Positions 17,652 through 20,000 of a stretch of 20,000 nt of DNA are shown piece after piece. Numbering within the stretch: the first letter of the stretch is position 1; each line of letters opens with the position of its first letter. A model generated the notes under the pieces. It searched no databases. It saw nothing but the letters and a program-made list of their open reading frames with translations, and had not been told where the DNA came from. The stretch lies in IMG/VR virus record IMGVR_UViG_3300017786_003062. One strand, 5' to 3'. Source of the DNA: an uncultured virus (IMG/VR IMGVR_UViG_3300017786_003062). Taxonomy: Duplodnaviria > Heunggongvirae > Uroviricota > Caudoviricetes. Position numbers and translations under genes: made by a program.

Positions 17652-18060
17652 TAAGAAAGACTTTGTATCTAAAATGCAAAAAGAAAATATTACAGATACA
17701 ACAGTTGAAGATACCAACGACTATTATATTTGTATTGATTCAACAGGCGGTCCTAACTCAGAGCCATACTTTGAACAGTTTCACCCTAATGTATTAAATT
17801 TATGTTTTGATGACGTTTCAAAAGACAGTACAAATTGGGGCGAAGATATTAAAGACTATTACACAGCCGTTGCACCAACACTAACACAAATTCAACATAT
17901 TTCAAATTTCCTTAAAGACGCCTGCGGAACAATTCATATACATTGTATGAAAGGCGAATCACGTAGTAAAGCCGTTGCAGATTATGTAAATAATACGAGA
18001 ATCAAGCACGACGGAAAGTATGCGTATACAATTATAAGGGACACACTAGATGAACTTTGA
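17632..18060 (+). CDS. PTP/dual-specificity (CX5R) phosphatase-like protein
   Basis: P-loop IHIHCMKGESRS (HCx5RS) and upstream LCFDDV acid loop. Start ATG 17632 (MIAVSY), not 17512. Confidence 0.8.
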   Translation: MIAVSYSKKDFVSKMQKENITDTTVEDTNDYYICIDSTGGPNSEPYFEQFHPNVLNLCFDDVSKDSTNWGEDIKDYYTAVAPTLTQIQHISNFLKDACGTIHIHCMKGESRSKAVADYVNNTRIKHDGKYAYTIIRDTLDEL

Positions 18061-18601
18061 TGTAAAAGAAATATCAGCCAAAATAGACTATAGTGATGTT
18101 AGAAGTTATCTTATAGGCTTAGAAAAAAACTATGCACACTTAAAGTTTACTAATGTAGCTGATACTGTTGATAGTGAAAAACATAAAACTGATGGAGTAT
18201 ATGGTTGGGGTATACAAAGTAATTTAGACGACTTAACAATACCATGTCCACCTTGGAACGTACATAAAGAACGTAGCGACAATTATAGAGATACTGTATT
18301 AGTACATGGCGTAATTAATAAACTTAGAAAACAGTTTCCACAAGCAAGACAGTTTAGTATTAGTGGACATCCACCGGGAACTGAAATAGCACAACATACT
18401 GATACTGACAGATATCTCAAAATACATATTCCTATATTATCTAACCCAGATGCAAAATTTGTATTTGGTGATAAAACATATTCGCTAACTGTAGGAAAAG
18501 CATATCTAATAAATACTACACGCCCACACGGAACTATTAATAACGGAAAAACTGATAGAGTACATTTATTTTTTAAAGTGCCTGCGGAACATTACATATG
18601 A
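18050..18601 (+). CDS. AspH-like 2OG-Fe(II) dioxygenase
   Basis: PPGTEIAQHTD, KIHIPILSN, YLINTTRPHGTINNGKTDRVHL. Confidence 0.88.
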   Translation: MNFDVKEISAKIDYSDVRSYLIGLEKNYAHLKFTNVADTVDSEKHKTDGVYGWGIQSNLDDLTIPCPPWNVHKERSDNYRDTVLVHGVINKLRKQFPQARQFSISGHPPGTEIAQHTDTDRYLKIHIPILSNPDAKFVFGDKTYSLTVGKAYLINTTRPHGTINNGKTDRVHLFFKVPAEHYI

Positions 18602-19326
18602 GATTATTAAAACCTAAAGATATAACAGACGTTGATACATTGTTTGATAGTCTCGAATGGGATATGATTGAATTAGATTTTAGCATTGACAAAGATGACT
18701 TAGAATCTTATCATAAAGAACTACGATCACGTTTACAACATCTTTGTTTTAATTTTAATTCTAAAGAATACCTACGTCCTGATATATACGAAAGATTTCA
18801 AAAAGAAAATGCTGTAGGAAACTATGTAGGAAACGTAGGTGGTTGGAGTGTTAGTTGGCCTGTAGAAAGAGATATTCCGTGTCCAAGTAAAACACAAGCT
18901 AATGTTTCTAAGTACCCAGAATTACAAGACCTTGATGAAGAAAAGTTCTATTACGATTGCGTACCAATGCAAGTTTATAAGTTTGGTATTCTAAATAAAA
19001 TGATAGAAACTTTATCTTTACAAGCCCTAAGACAAATACTGATAGCACTACACCCGTCAGGGCTAAAAGTTAATACACATACTGACGGAAAAACTAGAAA
19101 ACTACACGTTCCATTTCATACTAATACTGATGCAGTTTTCACTTTTGGTGAAAATAGAGAACGCAAATATCATATGGAATTGGGCAAAGGTTACATAATT
19201 AACACCCTTGTACCCCATGGTACAGAGAACCCAGGAAACACAGATCGAGTACATTTGTTATCCAGAGTTGACGATTCATTTATGCAATCGCTTTTATCAA
19301 TAAACTGCAATATAGCAGATAAATAA
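18598..19326 (+). CDS. AspH-like 2OG-Fe(II) dioxygenase
   Basis: PSGLKVNTHTD, KLHVPFHTN, YIINTLVPHGTENPGNTDRVHL. Confidence 0.88.
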   Translation: MRLLKPKDITDVDTLFDSLEWDMIELDFSIDKDDLESYHKELRSRLQHLCFNFNSKEYLRPDIYERFQKENAVGNYVGNVGGWSVSWPVERDIPCPSKTQANVSKYPELQDLDEEKFYYDCVPMQVYKFGILNKMIETLSLQALRQILIALHPSGLKVNTHTDGKTRKLHVPFHTNTDAVFTFGENRERKYHMELGKGYIINTLVPHGTENPGNTDRVHLLSRVDDSFMQSLLSINCNIADK

Positions 19327-19338
19327 CAGTAACAGGAG
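19318..19338 (+). promoter_or_regulatory. GATAAATA late-promoter-like motif (19318-19325) and strong Shine-Dalgarno AGGAG (19334-19338)
   Basis: Directly upstream of ATG 19345. The motif overlaps the last codons and stop of the previous gene, so it may be coincidental. Confidence 0.45.
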
Positions 19339-19344
19339 ATAATA

Positions 19345-20000
19345 ATGAGCAACACATATTTTACACAGGTATTAGACGAGCCATACCACTTAGGAAATGG
19401 CGAGTTTTTGTCAGTGATCACTAACGGAAAAGTACGCCACGAAGGCGAAGAATCAAGAGATTTTAACAAAGATGCAGGAGCGAGAGCAGGCTTACTTAGA
19501 GTAAATGCTGATAAGACTACGTTTGTAGACTTCTTTGATAAAAGTGAAAACGGTGACAGATACCGTGGCATTGCAGTTGTAGGTAATACAGCATACGTAA
19601 TGCGTACACAAAAAGATAAAGTAGATAGCACAATTAGAGTAGCGGCAATAGATTTAACAACTAATGAAGTTACTATGATCGAAGAAAAAGGTGTAACAGT
19701 ACACGGCTCAGAAACTCCTAAAACGTTCTGTGGACACTTTAACTTTGGTAGACCAATTACAGTTGGTACTAAAATTGTTTATCCACCAATTATGAGTGGA
19801 ATGATTATTGTGTTTGATACAGTTGCTAATACATTTACAGTACATGAAACAGAAGAAAAGTTTGCTTCTATTCATAGTGTGTATGTAAAAGAACTAAACG
19901 AAGTTGTATTTTTTCCATATGGTAGAACAACTAACGTCCTGTTAACATTAGATATGGGAACAGATAAAATTACATCACACATGGCGCCAACTAACGGTGC
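19345..20000 (+). CDS. Beta-propeller repeat protein, N-terminal part (runs off the right edge)
   Basis: Not in the ORF track; translated by hand. Open from ATG 19345 to the edge (MSNTYFTQVLDEPYHLGNGEF...). It has VGNTAYV, FGRPITVGTKIVYPP, IVFDTV and EVVFFPYG, matching the repeat of the two minus-strand propellers. Confidence 0.8.
   Translation, partial: MSNTYFTQVLDEPYHLGNGEFLSVITNGKVRHEGEESRDFNKDAGARAGLLRVNADKTTFVDFFDKSENGDRYRGIAVVGNTAYVMRTQKDKVDSTIRVAAIDLTTNEVTMIEEKGVTVHGSETPKTFCGHFNFGRPITVGTKIVYPPIMSGMIIVFDTVANTFTVHETEEKFASIHSVYVKELNEVVFFPYGRTTNVLLTLDMGTDKITSHMAPTNG

Noticed and set aside
18508..18515. Intragenic AATAAATA motif
   Set aside because: It falls in the conserved YLINT coding motif and is explained by codons. 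It also shows that such motifs arise by chance.
18814..18839. Short direct repeat GTAGGAAAC x2 plus GTAGG
   Set aside because: It simply encodes VGNYVGNVG; too short, with no spacers or array structure.
222..19631. Short alternative-frame or antisense ORFs in the track (e.g. 222-422, 289-477, 4232-4531, 6658-6990, 7891-8103, 12472-12762, 15104-15400, 19191-19631)
   Set aside because: They lie within or opposite longer motif-bearing genes and have no recognisable motifs; shadow ORFs.
1..20000. Stop-codon reassignment, CRISPR arrays, tRNA/rRNA, IS elements, introns or inteins
   Set aside because: Genes tile the window under the standard code with TAA, TGA and TAG all used as stops. No gap is large enough for an RNA gene or array, and no transposase, homing endonuclease or intein motifs were seen.

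Overview
AT-rich (roughly one third GC by eye), almost gap-free coding window. Its genes are translationally coupled (ATGA/TAATG overlaps) and fall into alternating blocks: <1-191 (-), 253-8898 (+), 8865-14795 (-), 14835-19326 (+) and 19345->20000 (+). It is a dense cluster of tailoring enzymes: 7 radical SAM proteins in three paralogous subfamilies (three with an unusual N-terminal twitch domain), 5 AspH-like 2OG-Fe(II) dioxygenases, a divergent UDP-glucose/GDP-mannose dehydrogenase, an SGNH-fold protein, a GT-A-like glycosyltransferase, a class I methyltransferase, a minimal kinase-fold protein, a CX5R phosphatase and 3 paralogous beta-propeller proteins. No housekeeping, transport or regulator genes were seen. 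TAAATA-like motifs at the block starts resemble T4-type late promoters. The best reading, which is inference because no structural or replication hallmark gene lies in the window, is a modification island of a large tailed phage that builds or decorates a glycan or post-translationally modifies virion proteins. No RNA genes, CRISPR arrays or mobile elements were detected. All family calls rest on motifs read by eye; no database search was run.
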